This document shows positions 17,860 to 27,623 of a stretch of 62,248 nucleotides of DNA, one piece after another (positions within the stretch are counted from its first letter, which is position 1; the number at the start of each line of letters is the position of its first letter). Origin of the DNA: a virus (Duplodnaviria; Caudoviricetes). The translations under genes and the position numbers were made by a program. The notes under the pieces are model-generated. The model had not been told where the DNA came from. It did no database searches and worked only from the letters and a program-made list of their open reading frames with translations. The stretch spans positions 1-62,248 of IMG/VR virus record IMGVR_UViG_3300028490_000008; one strand, given 5' to 3'.

Positions 17860-18285
17860 ATGGCACACGCATACATTAAGACAGCAAAAGAGGACTCTTC
17901 GGCAAAGAAAGCAGGAGCAGCAGTAACGGGATCAATGATCGGTGGACTACCAGGGGCTTATTCAGGGTACAAGGGTGCAAAAGATAAAGAAGAAGGCAAG
18001 AACAACATTGGTAAGCACTCTGCAGGACATGCCGCAGGAATGGCTACTATTGGTGGTGCAGTTGGTGCAGGTGTAGCAAAAGCAGAGAATGATATGGCTA
18101 AGGCAAGCAAGAAGTTTGGTAAGGTCAGTCTGAAGAATGTGAAGAAGGCAGGTGCTAAAGCTGCTCTCGGTGGTGCTGTTATTGGTGGGCTTAGTGGAGC
18201 TGCATCTTATGGTGTAGGTAGACTATGGTCTAAGGACAAAGAAGATAAGACATCGAAAACTCGTAAGCTTACAAAAAAAGACTAG
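17860..18285 (+). CDS. Basic glycine-zipper protein (YIKTA near N-terminus)
   Basis: GMATIGGAVGAGV, AALGGAVIGGLSGAASYGVG. Confidence 0.75.
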   Translation: MAHAYIKTAKEDSSAKKAGAAVTGSMIGGLPGAYSGYKGAKDKEEGKNNIGKHSAGHAAGMATIGGAVGAGVAKAENDMAKASKKFGKVSLKNVKKAGAKAALGGAVIGGLSGAASYGVGRLWSKDKEDKTSKTRKLTKKD

Positions 18286-18294
18286 GGGTAGCAC

Positions 18295-20718
18295 ATGAAA
18301 AGTTCAGTAACATCGAAATTAACACAACTCATCAATGATGAGGCAATGAAGCAGTTGGCGGAGAACTATCATGAGTTACTCCCTAAGCTAATCAAGGTAG
18401 ACGTTGACCATATTGAAGAGGACTTGACTTACGCAGTAGGTGCAGCATACTTCATGATTGGTGAGCGTATCATCTTTACACCTATCATATACCGTGAAGG
18501 TAAGGTTGACTCAATCTCTTACATTGGTGATACAGAGAATGAGACACTGTATGGATTGACTAAGAAGATGTACAAGCGTCTCATCAGTTCAACTAAGACA
18601 GAGTTTGGTAGAGCTATCTCAGAGAAAGAGCAAGAGCGTCTATTGATTGACAAGGGTATCATTGGTAGACTGTTTGCAACACCACAGACTATCTCACCTA
18701 AAGTTGCAAGTGATGATAACTATGAAGAGAATATGATTATTGACATGCTCAATAAGCCTGTGTTTGCAGCATCGTTTGAGAAGCTCGCATCAATGCCTGC
18801 ATACAAGAAGGTGCTTGACAAAGTGTACTCACAGAGAGTATTTGACAAGCTTGCATCTGTAAAGGCAATGACTAAGGTAGCAGAGATTGTAAGAGAGGAC
18901 GATGGTTCTATGATCTTCCATAAGATTGCAGACCTAGACTCATTACCAAGCAAGCACCGTGGTGAAGCTGCAATGGCTATTGCTAAGGAAGGGTTCTATA
19001 AGGTAGCATCTGACAATAGTGGTCCTAGTAAGGCAGCAATGCTTAAGGTTCCTACTATGGGTGAGATGTTATTCCGTGGTAAGAGTAGCCTTGAGATACT
19101 TACACAACCAGGTATCTACAATGCATTGACTCGTGACCTTAGTCTTGTACCTGTGCTTGTAGCTAGAGATGGCAGTAAGAACAGAAACTACTTGTACTAT
19201 GGAGATACTACATCTCTTGTACAGAATGGCTCACAAGATGCTAAGAGCAAGAAGTATTACCATGGTGTTGATGCAATGCCTGAATTCATTGGTATGACTG
19301 CAGGTTCACTTAACGGAGATCCACGAAGTCATATCGTTGGTGTGTTCGGACAAGAGAAGAAGCCTGCTGATGCACAGAAGATTGTTCTCGTATCTACATC
19401 TGACGACATTACAGTATATAGCCTAGACACAGTTACGAAAGTAGGCAACGAGCTTGTTGTTACAGTATGGTCTGGTGGCAATGTACGTACTATCGTAGTA
19501 GGTGAGAGTCACAACTATACAACAAGAGACGAAACTGTATATGTTCATCCTAACCATGTACTGTTTGTAGGCAAGAAAGACAGTGGTCTATCACACTCTA
19601 TGAGTAAGAACCAAACAAGAGCGTTGTCAACACTTATGACTGCAGACGATTTAGACTCTGCTTTCATCAAGACTGCATCATTCGATGTTACTTATTCAGC
19701 AGGTGCATACTTCTATGGTGACGAACGCCTAAACAAAGCAGAACTTACGCTTAATTTAAGAGAAGAAGGGTATGATAACGATAGTATTTCTACTGTTATT
19801 AAGACAGCCCAAGACGGGAACGGAGTGCCGGCAGAATTCAATGAGGTATCTCTTACGCTTAAGGCTATATTAGCAGAGCTTACGGAGTCTAAACATATGC
19901 TATCTGAACTTAAGTCAGTGATGATGGCCAACGAGCAAGGAGCTTTAAATGGCGAAACACAACCGCAACCGGACGGGGCACAGACCGGAGCAGATAATTC
20001 GGGACGACCTCAACCTCAACCTGTGGAAGGAGATCAAGGAGGGGCACAAGCTCAGCCTGTGGCAGGAGATCAAACTGGAGGCGACGCTACAACTCAGCGT
20101 ATTATGGAGTTGGCTTCTTCGGTGGGAGCAGATGGACAAGCGGTATTACAAGCTGGGCAACAACAAGGTTTGGATGCAGCACAAATAGTACAACAGCTCG
20201 AACAAGAGATTGCTCAAATGCAAGGTGGAGGTGAGCAACAGCCACAGCCACAACCACAAGGTGATGGTCAAGGTTCTCCAATGCAACAAGACATGGCTGC
20301 ACAAGGTGGTGCACCAATGGACCCGAACGCTCAACAAGACCCTAACGCTCAACAGCCAGGTGGTCAAGGGGCAGGAGAACAGACAGTCCAAGACTTGCAA
20401 CAACAGGGATACAACCCTAACATGACACCAGAGATGCTTGACCAGTTACAACAGATAGCAGACAAAGATGTACTTAACGCTTCAATCATTTCGTATCTCG
20501 TAGATACACCTGATGCAAAAGCAGTTACAGGGCAGTATATATCAGACATCACGAGTGGTGTAAATGGATTGGCAAGAACGCTACTACTTGTAGAGATACA
20601 ACGTACATCGTTCAATGACCAGATTGGGGACAAGCAGTTGAACACATTCTTATCAAGAGGTAAAACTCTACTTAACCGTATGACTGACTTCGTAATTGAT
20701 ATCTCAGTAATCGATTAA
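18295..20718 (+). CDS. Large putative head/scaffold-type protein with K-x-A cluster and Gln/Gly/Pro-rich region
   Basis: KVAS, KLAS x2, KVAE, KIAD, KVAS, KTAS, KTAQ; lies upstream of the portal-like gene. Confidence 0.6.
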   Translation: MKSSVTSKLTQLINDEAMKQLAENYHELLPKLIKVDVDHIEEDLTYAVGAAYFMIGERIIFTPIIYREGKVDSISYIGDTENETLYGLTKKMYKRLISSTKTEFGRAISEKEQERLLIDKGIIGRLFATPQTISPKVASDDNYEENMIIDMLNKPVFAASFEKLASMPAYKKVLDKVYSQRVFDKLASVKAMTKVAEIVREDDGSMIFHKIADLDSLPSKHRGEAAMAIAKEGFYKVASDNSGPSKAAMLKVPTMGEMLFRGKSSLEILTQPGIYNALTRDLSLVPVLVARDGSKNRNYLYYGDTTSLVQNGSQDAKSKKYYHGVDAMPEFIGMTAGSLNGDPRSHIVGVFGQEKKPADAQKIVLVSTSDDITVYSLDTVTKVGNELVVTVWSGGNVRTIVVGESHNYTTRDETVYVHPNHVLFVGKKDSGLSHSMSKNQTRALSTLMTADDLDSAFIKTASFDVTYSAGAYFYGDERLNKAELTLNLREEGYDNDSISTVIKTAQDGNGVPAEFNEVSLTLKAILAELTESKHMLSELKSVMMANEQGALNGETQPQPDGAQTGADNSGRPQPQPVEGDQGGAQAQPVAGDQTGGDATTQRIMELASSVGADGQAVLQAGQQQGLDAAQIVQQLEQEIAQMQGGGEQQPQPQPQGDGQGSPMQQDMAAQGGAPMDPNAQQDPNAQQPGGQGAGEQTVQDLQQQGYNPNMTPEMLDQLQQIADKDVLNASIISYLVDTPDAKAVTGQYISDITSGVNGLARTLLLVEIQRTSFNDQIGDKQLNTFLSRGKTLLNRMTDFVIDISVID

Positions 20719-20726
20719 GAGGGTAT

Positions 20727-21509
20727 ATGCAGAACTTAACGGTATTTGATGGGGAGTTCAACCTCATCGGAGAGCTAGAAGATGATAAACACTTCGACCT
20801 AGCTCTCGAAATCAGCAACAAACTACAAGGCAAGGTTGAAGGCGTATCTGATGAGGCAGAGGATCTCCTATGGATAGAGCAACACCAAATGAGATACACC
20901 TTCATTAAGCTAATGCTGTTTGTAGATGCTGAGATAAACATAATTGCAGATGCAATGGACATGAAAGAAGAGCTTGTTACTGCCTACAAGAAGCTTTTCT
21001 TTGATGTACATAAGATCCGTGGTGGTCACTTAGGTCGTACTCAATTCTACGAAGACATATTCGCCAAGTACAATGAAGGGTCACAGGAGTTTGCTTTTGG
21101 TATAATGCTACGAGAAGCAAACTTAGGTGGTGAAGACATCATACTTGCTCAGTTCGACATCAACATGAGAGATATGTCAGTAACAAGATACAAAGACTTA
21201 TTGCAAAAGAAAGCCATCTGGCGTGAGAACATAGTGGAGCGTAGTGATGAACAAGACTATGATGCATTACATGCTGAGATGAAGTCAAGAGAGTCGGTTC
21301 TCAACCTTGTTACTAAGGCAACATCCAAGGATGATAAGGCTAAGATTTCTGATCTTGGTGCACTTGTTAGAGTTCTTGAGAGTATGAATAAAATGGATCT
21401 TGGGCGAGGTCAACTACAACTTCGTACTTATGATACAAAAACAGAGGAAGTGTTTGAGGCTGAATTGCTCGAACCACCTAAACAAACAGACAAAGAGGAG
21501 ATTGAATAA
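20727..21509 (+). CDS. Hypothetical helical protein upstream of the portal-like gene
   Basis: 260-aa ORF, TAATG-coupled to the next gene. Confidence 0.75.
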   Translation: MQNLTVFDGEFNLIGELEDDKHFDLALEISNKLQGKVEGVSDEAEDLLWIEQHQMRYTFIKLMLFVDAEINIIADAMDMKEELVTAYKKLFFDVHKIRGGHLGRTQFYEDIFAKYNEGSQEFAFGIMLREANLGGEDIILAQFDINMRDMSVTRYKDLLQKKAIWRENIVERSDEQDYDALHAEMKSRESVLNLVTKATSKDDKAKISDLGALVRVLESMNKMDLGRGQLQLRTYDTKTEEVFEAELLEPPKQTDKEEIE

Positions 21510-23353
21510 TGGGTTCTACATTTAGCGGAAAATTATATGACAGAAGGTTTATGGGGAAGTACAACAACTTAAGTAGTATATATGCAGACATACTTCCTAA
21601 TGATATTAAAGAGGTTATACAGTGGTCGGAGTTTATCGTAGCCAATGTACCTCTTGTAGCATCAGCTCTGGACAAGATGTCGTCTGTTGCGATTACTTCA
21701 TTGCAGTATATGACTGATGACCTTAGTGAGATGACAACCAATGATGCTAAGTCTTGGAAAAGCATATTGGAAGAGAATATGGAAATAGAAGAGAAGTTGC
21801 AAGAGACTGGGTTCAACTACCTACTTAATGGTAATGTATTTTTGTCTGTATTCTTCCCTATACATAGAACAGTTACATGTATGAAGTGTAAGACAGAGTT
21901 GTCTCAAGACAGATTTACCTCTTCTAGTAGCCTGAAGCCTGAAATGGAAGAGATACTCATGCCTACCAATGGTAAGCGTGGGGGTAAGAAAGAAAAGGGC
22001 ACCAAGACCACAAAGAAGCAGAAAGTCTTAGTGTTCAAAGGTGGATGTCCTGCATGTGCCGCCAAGTCTATATTTACAATCAAAGATATCAAGGTCAAAG
22101 ATATGGGTGGTGTAAATATCGTAACATGGCCTATCAACAGTATAAACTTCGTAAGTGACAACATCACAGGTAGAAGTACATACTATTACCGAATGCCTAA
22201 TGCTAACCGTAAGATGATTACAGAGGGCTTCCTCGATATGATATTCCATCAACCATTGGACATGATAGAAGCAGCGGTGAAGAACACTACTGTCAAGTTT
22301 GACCAAGGTAAGGTGTTGCACCTACGAAGAAAGAAGATGTCTGGTACAAACACAGGATGGGGAATGCCTATCTTAACCTCATCGATACCAGAGATGATAT
22401 CACTACTCCTACTACGTAAGTCACAAGAGCGTATATTGTCAGACATGATCTTCCCTTTACGTGGACTATCACCTAAAGCAAGTGGCTCTGATGGTAATGC
22501 TGTATACAACTTTATGTCAGGTACAGACCTTAGTCAGAAAGTAGAGAACATGCTTAAGGGTCACAAGAATAACCCTACGAGTATCAAGTATTTCCCTATA
22601 CCACTAGACACAGTAACTGCATTTGGAGAGGGTAAGTCGCTGAACCTATCAGAGGAGATAGACCAAATCTCAACTATGATTATGACCTCTATTGGTGTAC
22701 CGATTGAATTCGTTAAGGGTGGACTGGGATACACCGCAGCCGGTGCGTCAATCCGTGTACTTGAAAATCAACTGATGGGTCTTACAAACTCAATGGAAAA
22801 GGTAGCCAATTTTGTTGCAAAGCAGATAGCAGTGTATACAGACAAGAAGCCTGTACATATTAAGATCGTACCATTCCGTATCATTGATGATATTGCAGAG
22901 AAGCAGATACTCATGAGCCTTTACCAAGGACAGAAGCTTTCAGATCATACTATGGCATCTATGTTCAAGTTGGATGCTACTACTGAGAATGAGCGTATGA
23001 GTGAAGAGATGAAGCAAGGTATACGTACGAGATCTGAACTTGAAGAGTATCAGCGTAACCTTGCACAGAACCTTGAGGAGAAAGCGAAGACTGAAGCAAT
23101 GCTCAGTACAAGCTCCACTCAACAGGTTAATCAGCAAGCTATTATGCAAGAGGCTGACCAGATGGCTGCACAACTCAATCAGATGGACTCTGGTATGAAG
23201 AAGTCAGAAATGGATCGTCTACAGAAAGAGAACTGGCTATTGTATGTTGCTACTAAGGAACGTATGGAGTTCAATGCTCAAAAGGACGCTACTTCCGCAG
23301 CTCATGACCAAAAAGCAGAAGAGATGGGCATGGCACCACAAGGACAACAGTAG
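21509..23353 (+). CDS. Putative portal protein with Zn-ribbon insertion
   Basis: 614 aa; PLVASALDK, NYLLNGNVF, VLHLR..SG..GWGMP, SIGVP.EF..GG fit the portal motif order; CMKC...CPAC insert. Confidence 0.65.
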   Translation: MGSTFSGKLYDRRFMGKYNNLSSIYADILPNDIKEVIQWSEFIVANVPLVASALDKMSSVAITSLQYMTDDLSEMTTNDAKSWKSILEENMEIEEKLQETGFNYLLNGNVFLSVFFPIHRTVTCMKCKTELSQDRFTSSSSLKPEMEEILMPTNGKRGGKKEKGTKTTKKQKVLVFKGGCPACAAKSIFTIKDIKVKDMGGVNIVTWPINSINFVSDNITGRSTYYYRMPNANRKMITEGFLDMIFHQPLDMIEAAVKNTTVKFDQGKVLHLRRKKMSGTNTGWGMPILTSSIPEMISLLLLRKSQERILSDMIFPLRGLSPKASGSDGNAVYNFMSGTDLSQKVENMLKGHKNNPTSIKYFPIPLDTVTAFGEGKSLNLSEEIDQISTMIMTSIGVPIEFVKGGLGYTAAGASIRVLENQLMGLTNSMEKVANFVAKQIAVYTDKKPVHIKIVPFRIIDDIAEKQILMSLYQGQKLSDHTMASMFKLDATTENERMSEEMKQGIRTRSELEEYQRNLAQNLEEKAKTEAMLSTSSTQQVNQQAIMQEADQMAAQLNQMDSGMKKSEMDRLQKENWLLYVATKERMEFNAQKDATSAAHDQKAEEMGMAPQGQQ

Positions 23354-23406
23354 TGTTTCCTTTTGGAAGCATTTACTGTATAATTGACAGACAAAAAGGA
23401 TAGCAA

Positions 23407-23862
23407 ATGACAAACAGTTTTATACATGCTGCATTAAAGAGTGGACTTCGTTTCTTGTCCAAGCATACGCTAGTGGATACATTCCATTGGGTTAACACGT
23501 TGGACTTCTGGAATACGTATGGCTCCATAAAGTTCTCTTTGACCGACGAGGTATGGAGAAGTGCCAATAGAGGATATGGATATTCAATAGGTGGAATACA
23601 GCAGACAGTTGATGGGTTCAAGGACATCAGTTTTGAGTATAAGACATCTACAGAGTCATGCTGTGACCACCTTAGAGTATATATCAATGGTCAGCGTATC
23701 TTGAACGCAGGAGGAGAGCATGGGTGGACAGCATTCACGTACACAGCTCCGGCATATATAGCAGACTGTCTTGTGCAGATCTATTACTACAAAGACGGAA
23801 GTGTCGCTAATGGTAGTGATGCTGTATGGGTTAGAAACCTAGAAATAAATAAGCACCAGTAA
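23407..23862 (+). CDS. Jelly-roll/carbohydrate-binding-like protein
   Basis: ISFEYKTSTESCCDHLRVYING...GEHGW...YYKDGS...GSDAVWV; TATAAT at 23379-23384. Confidence 0.6.
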   Translation: MTNSFIHAALKSGLRFLSKHTLVDTFHWVNTLDFWNTYGSIKFSLTDEVWRSANRGYGYSIGGIQQTVDGFKDISFEYKTSTESCCDHLRVYINGQRILNAGGEHGWTAFTYTAPAYIADCLVQIYYYKDGSVANGSDAVWVRNLEINKHQ

Positions 23863-23870
23863 GGATATCT

Positions 23871-24539
23871 ATGAAATTTACATCACCAGAGAACATCAAC
23901 TTCGCAGTAGAGTCTAACCTTAACTTTCCCAAAAAGAGCTATGCATACAAACAGATAATCCGTGAGATAGTATTGTTTGAAGACGACTTCACTAACGGTG
24001 CAGGAAAATGGTACAGTGGCACAGTAGTTGACGATGCCCGTACCGAGACAGGCAAGGCATTGAAGATAAGTGGTCAATATGGACATAACCTTTACGTAAA
24101 TCAGTTTATTGCACAAGATAGAACAAGCTATAGGATGGAGATTGATGTAGAGGTCAAGTACGAGTCCGGAAGATACTGTTACATCTATATGGGAATGCAG
24201 TCAGCTAGACCTAACTCAACAGCAAGTATTGCTAGACCAGGTGGAATTATCATGTTTGGATACTACTCTAGTCACTACAATCATGGAATATTCTCAATAG
24301 ATAACTGGGCAAGAATAGCTACAATCGGAAGCGGATATCAGAAGCTAGTCTATGAACAGGTTATGATAGGGCCAACTACTGCACGTATGAATACATATGT
24401 GAATGGCATGCTAATCGTATCAAGCACAAGATACAACATATCAACAGGTGGGCTAAGACCTACTTTCTACAAGCAAGGTAGTTATGACCACTTGAGAGTT
24501 GGTAGAGTAAAGGTAATACAGTTGCCTGACGAGTATTAA
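23871..24539 (+). CDS. Putative lectin-like beta-sandwich virion protein
   Basis: LFEDDF...TYVNG...RVGRVKV; aromatic and beta-rich. Confidence 0.55.
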   Translation: MKFTSPENINFAVESNLNFPKKSYAYKQIIREIVLFEDDFTNGAGKWYSGTVVDDARTETGKALKISGQYGHNLYVNQFIAQDRTSYRMEIDVEVKYESGRYCYIYMGMQSARPNSTASIARPGGIIMFGYYSSHYNHGIFSIDNWARIATIGSGYQKLVYEQVMIGPTTARMNTYVNGMLIVSSTRYNISTGGLRPTFYKQGSYDHLRVGRVKVIQLPDEY

Positions 24540-24540
24540 T

Positions 24541-24702
24541 ATGTCCAACAGCATAACCAATATGGCAAAGGGTGTATTTTACGGAGAGATACAAGACAAG
24601 AAGAAGACGAAAGTCGTGAACGAGCTTGTAAACCTAGTGTCTGGTTCGAGCAAAGCACCTAAGAAGATCAGCATAACAGACAGAATGAAGGGAATTAAAT
24701 GA
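24541..24702 (+). CDS. Small hypothetical protein (53 aa; absent from the ORF track)
   Basis: ATG 1 nt after the upstream TAA; its stop overlaps the next ATG (ATGA). Confidence 0.55.
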   Translation: MSNSITNMAKGVFYGEIQDKKKTKVVNELVNLVSGSSKAPKKISITDRMKGIK

Positions 24703-25433
24703 TACATCTAACATCAGAGGCAAACATGGATGCATTCGAGGCATCAAAACTCGCAGTTCGTGGTAAGCATGCATACTTTTATGTTGCACCACCACCCGTA
24801 ATAGAAGGAGAGGACAATCATAACTACTACTTTAATTATAACTTCGATGGGTCAAACCCTCTTGCCGGCGGAAACATAGTAGAGGATGCTAATGCCCTCA
24901 ATGGGTATGCTCTGTCTGTTACAGGAGGAGGAGCATTTGACATAGATGCGTATCTTATCAATGGAGATGACTTCAATATCGAAATGAGAATGCACGTTCC
25001 CCATAGGGACACAGGAACAATGTTCGGAGGATTGGTTCTTAACGAGATAGAGCCATCAGAACAATCCCTCATGCTTGCTATCATTGGAGCATACGAGCAA
25101 CTACCTCAACTTGGAGGGAAGCTCATATTGAGACAAGATGTTGAGCCTGACCAAGCAGAAGGTATCCCTTACGAAGATGGATACGTTGTGTTGTCTGCAG
25201 ACGTTAAGTTTGAGGATGGAGATATAACAACAGCTATATACATAAACGGGGAATTCCATAGAGAGAGCACATTTACCCCTGAGTCAGTGCCAGCCAGAAT
25301 TATACCGGGGCTTACTGTTTATGCAACCAATGGGAATATCCTGATTGATTACGTAAGAGCTTATGCATATGGTGATATCCCTGCTAACTACGGAGAGCCT
25401 GTGCAAACGCCTTCTCGTAGTGAAGGTAAATAA
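24699..25433 (+). CDS. Putative ConA-like beta-sandwich protein
   Basis: YNFDG...FNIEMRM...IYING...IDYVRAY. Confidence 0.55.
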   Translation: MIHLTSEANMDAFEASKLAVRGKHAYFYVAPPPVIEGEDNHNYYFNYNFDGSNPLAGGNIVEDANALNGYALSVTGGGAFDIDAYLINGDDFNIEMRMHVPHRDTGTMFGGLVLNEIEPSEQSLMLAIIGAYEQLPQLGGKLILRQDVEPDQAEGIPYEDGYVVLSADVKFEDGDITTAIYINGEFHRESTFTPESVPARIIPGLTVYATNGNILIDYVRAYAYGDIPANYGEPVQTPSRSEGK

Positions 25434-25434
25434 C

Positions 25435-25878
25435 ATGGCTGCTAGAACAGAGAGAAGAGAACCATTAGAGGCGGAGATACAAAAGGCTATAATGCAGTAT
25501 CTGGCAACGAGGAAAGATGTTGTGTTTTGGAGACAGAACTCAGGATCTTTTGTTGCACCGGTAATACGAGCTATTGCAGGTGTCCTTGAAAGATTTGGTC
25601 TTGGTCGTAGAAAGATAGCTATAATGGCAGCAGTCAAGAAGGCAGCAGGTCATTACAAGTGTACAAGTGTAAGTGGTATACCAGACATAACAGCAATTTA
25701 CCGTGGTGTATATGTGGGTCTTGAGGTTAAGACAAAGACTGGGCGACTTACTAAGGACCAAAAAGTCATGCACGAGCTTATGCACAAGCGAGGCGTGAAG
25801 GTTGTTATTGTAAGAAGTGTACAAGAGGTCATGAAAGTCTTAGCAGACGTAGATGAGCTTTTTGTGAAGGTTAAGTAG
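25435..25878 (+). CDS. VRR-NUC domain nuclease
   Basis: EAEIQKAI..YL...WRQNSG...GIPDI...LEVKT..GRLT.DQ...IVRS; start revised to ATG 25435. Confidence 0.85.
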   Translation: MAARTERREPLEAEIQKAIMQYLATRKDVVFWRQNSGSFVAPVIRAIAGVLERFGLGRRKIAIMAAVKKAAGHYKCTSVSGIPDITAIYRGVYVGLEVKTKTGRLTKDQKVMHELMHKRGVKVVIVRSVQEVMKVLADVDELFVKVK

Positions 25879-25884
25879 GACAAT

Positions 25885-26514
25885 ATGAATAAGCAACAAT
25901 ACTCAGCATGGTTACAACAGTTCTTCCCAAAGTCAGAGATGACTACTCTTGGTAAGTATATTGAGAAGTGTAACATGGTGGAGGTGTTGTTTATAAATGA
26001 AGCAGACGAGTCTTTTCAGCTCTTGGATACAAAAGCACTTGAGGCAAACATAGTGAAGTCAAGTGATGCCGTATTCTTCAGTCAGTATGACCACTTCAGT
26101 GTTGGCTCAAAGAGTATGCGACTACAAGACTTCGATGTTCTTATTGACTGGGGAGATAAGAGTTCTGTGGCTGTGTTCTACAATGACAATACAGTTGTTG
26201 ACAGCTACTCAGATATAGGCACTCTGGTTATCAGAACAGGTCAAGAGTCTATAGCATTATTCTTGTCTTGGTATCTGTCACTAGACGTTGTTGTATCAGA
26301 GATAGACCAGTCGTGCTCAGACTCATGGTCAAGGATAGAGTCATTGCCTATGCCATCTATGGATTATGTAGACAATGAATTACTAATGAAGGCACTGAAA
26401 GAAGTAGGTGTTGCAGAGAACAGAATAGCCCGTAATGCAAAAGAGATGATGGTTCGACTCCGAACTATGAGAGAGAGTATTGTTCACGACATACCTCTTG
26501 TGGATAGTCTATAA
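25885..26514 (+). CDS. Hypothetical protein
   Basis: 209-aa ORF with AGGA RBS. Confidence 0.7.
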   Translation: MNKQQYSAWLQQFFPKSEMTTLGKYIEKCNMVEVLFINEADESFQLLDTKALEANIVKSSDAVFFSQYDHFSVGSKSMRLQDFDVLIDWGDKSSVAVFYNDNTVVDSYSDIGTLVIRTGQESIALFLSWYLSLDVVVSEIDQSCSDSWSRIESLPMPSMDYVDNELLMKALKEVGVAENRIARNAKEMMVRLRTMRESIVHDIPLVDSL

Positions 26515-26572
26515 AAAACTCTCCATTTTAGATATACTTACACAATAAACAATTACCCTAAAGGAAAATGAA

Positions 26573-27622
26573 ATGCCTAAGAAACCAATCAACCTATACA
26601 AGAACCTACTTAGACCACTGTCTCACAGAGAGCTTGACGACAACTTCGTACAATTAGAGAGTCTATTAGAAGGCGATAGAAACAAGAATGTTATTGTTAT
26701 CCCTAACTCAGCAGAGAGAGGTGGGTACACATCATTACTCTCTCCAGTGTTCTTTGGTAACGGTATAGCTCCTGTGTCTATTGCGGACAACGGTAATGCT
26801 ACTGCTGGATTTGAGGAGTTTCAACGTGTATATTCCCTTTCGACAGGAGTGGATAAGTTGGTAGCTCATAAGTTTGAGCAGTCTCACATCTCACCAGATG
26901 GGGCGATGTATGCAGGGATGTATGAGAACAAGCTAGAGGTAGTAATAGTGGATGGGGGTCAGTCTACAACATTCAATCTTCCTCCTCAAAATGGAGATCC
27001 AGACAAGGGGTTACAGAAGGATATGTGGTGGATGTCGCCTACTGAGATTGTCGTTATAAGCTTTGAAGTACACGATGCAAGAATATACACCATAGATAAA
27101 GAGAATGTTGCAATCACAGAAAGAGATGTCTTTTCTAACATGATAGAGGACGATCACGAAGGATTTGTGAAAGGGAGACATTTGATAGCAAGTTCAGGGG
27201 ATACATCTAACGAGATAAGAATAGCAGACTTGTCTACAGGTGCATCATATACTGTCCCTAGTAAGCCTAATATGGGAACTGAGCAGTTCTATCAAATGAT
27301 GATGCTTGGCTTTGACGGAGATACACTATTGTCTTATGGTGTCATGGAAGATGCCAATGAGATTGCAGTACCTACAATAATGTCAGTTAATAGTAGTGGA
27401 GCGACCTTTATCAAGGCTGATAGCCCGAACCTTTTCTTAGGGGTTATAGGAGCTGATGCTATGCAGGAAAAAGCTACGATGAAAGAACTTATCATAGGCG
27501 GTAGGACATATTTTATCCTTGAGAAAGGGTATTTGGATGCAGTTCTTTTTGATGTAGAAGATAGAGTTATGTATACAGCCTCAGTGCTTGGTTCAAAGCT
27601 TGCTGTAAGAAACGAGGTGTAG
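26573..27622 (+). CDS. Putative virion appendage protein, possibly beta-propeller-like
   Basis: N-terminal RPLSHRELDDNF motif; beta-rich; TATACT at 26533-26538. Confidence 0.55.
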   Translation: MPKKPINLYKNLLRPLSHRELDDNFVQLESLLEGDRNKNVIVIPNSAERGGYTSLLSPVFFGNGIAPVSIADNGNATAGFEEFQRVYSLSTGVDKLVAHKFEQSHISPDGAMYAGMYENKLEVVIVDGGQSTTFNLPPQNGDPDKGLQKDMWWMSPTEIVVISFEVHDARIYTIDKENVAITERDVFSNMIEDDHEGFVKGRHLIASSGDTSNEIRIADLSTGASYTVPSKPNMGTEQFYQMMMLGFDGDTLLSYGVMEDANEIAVPTIMSVNSSGATFIKADSPNLFLGVIGADAMQEKATMKELIIGGRTYFILEKGYLDAVLFDVEDRVMYTASVLGSKLAVRNEV

Positions 27623-27623
27623 C

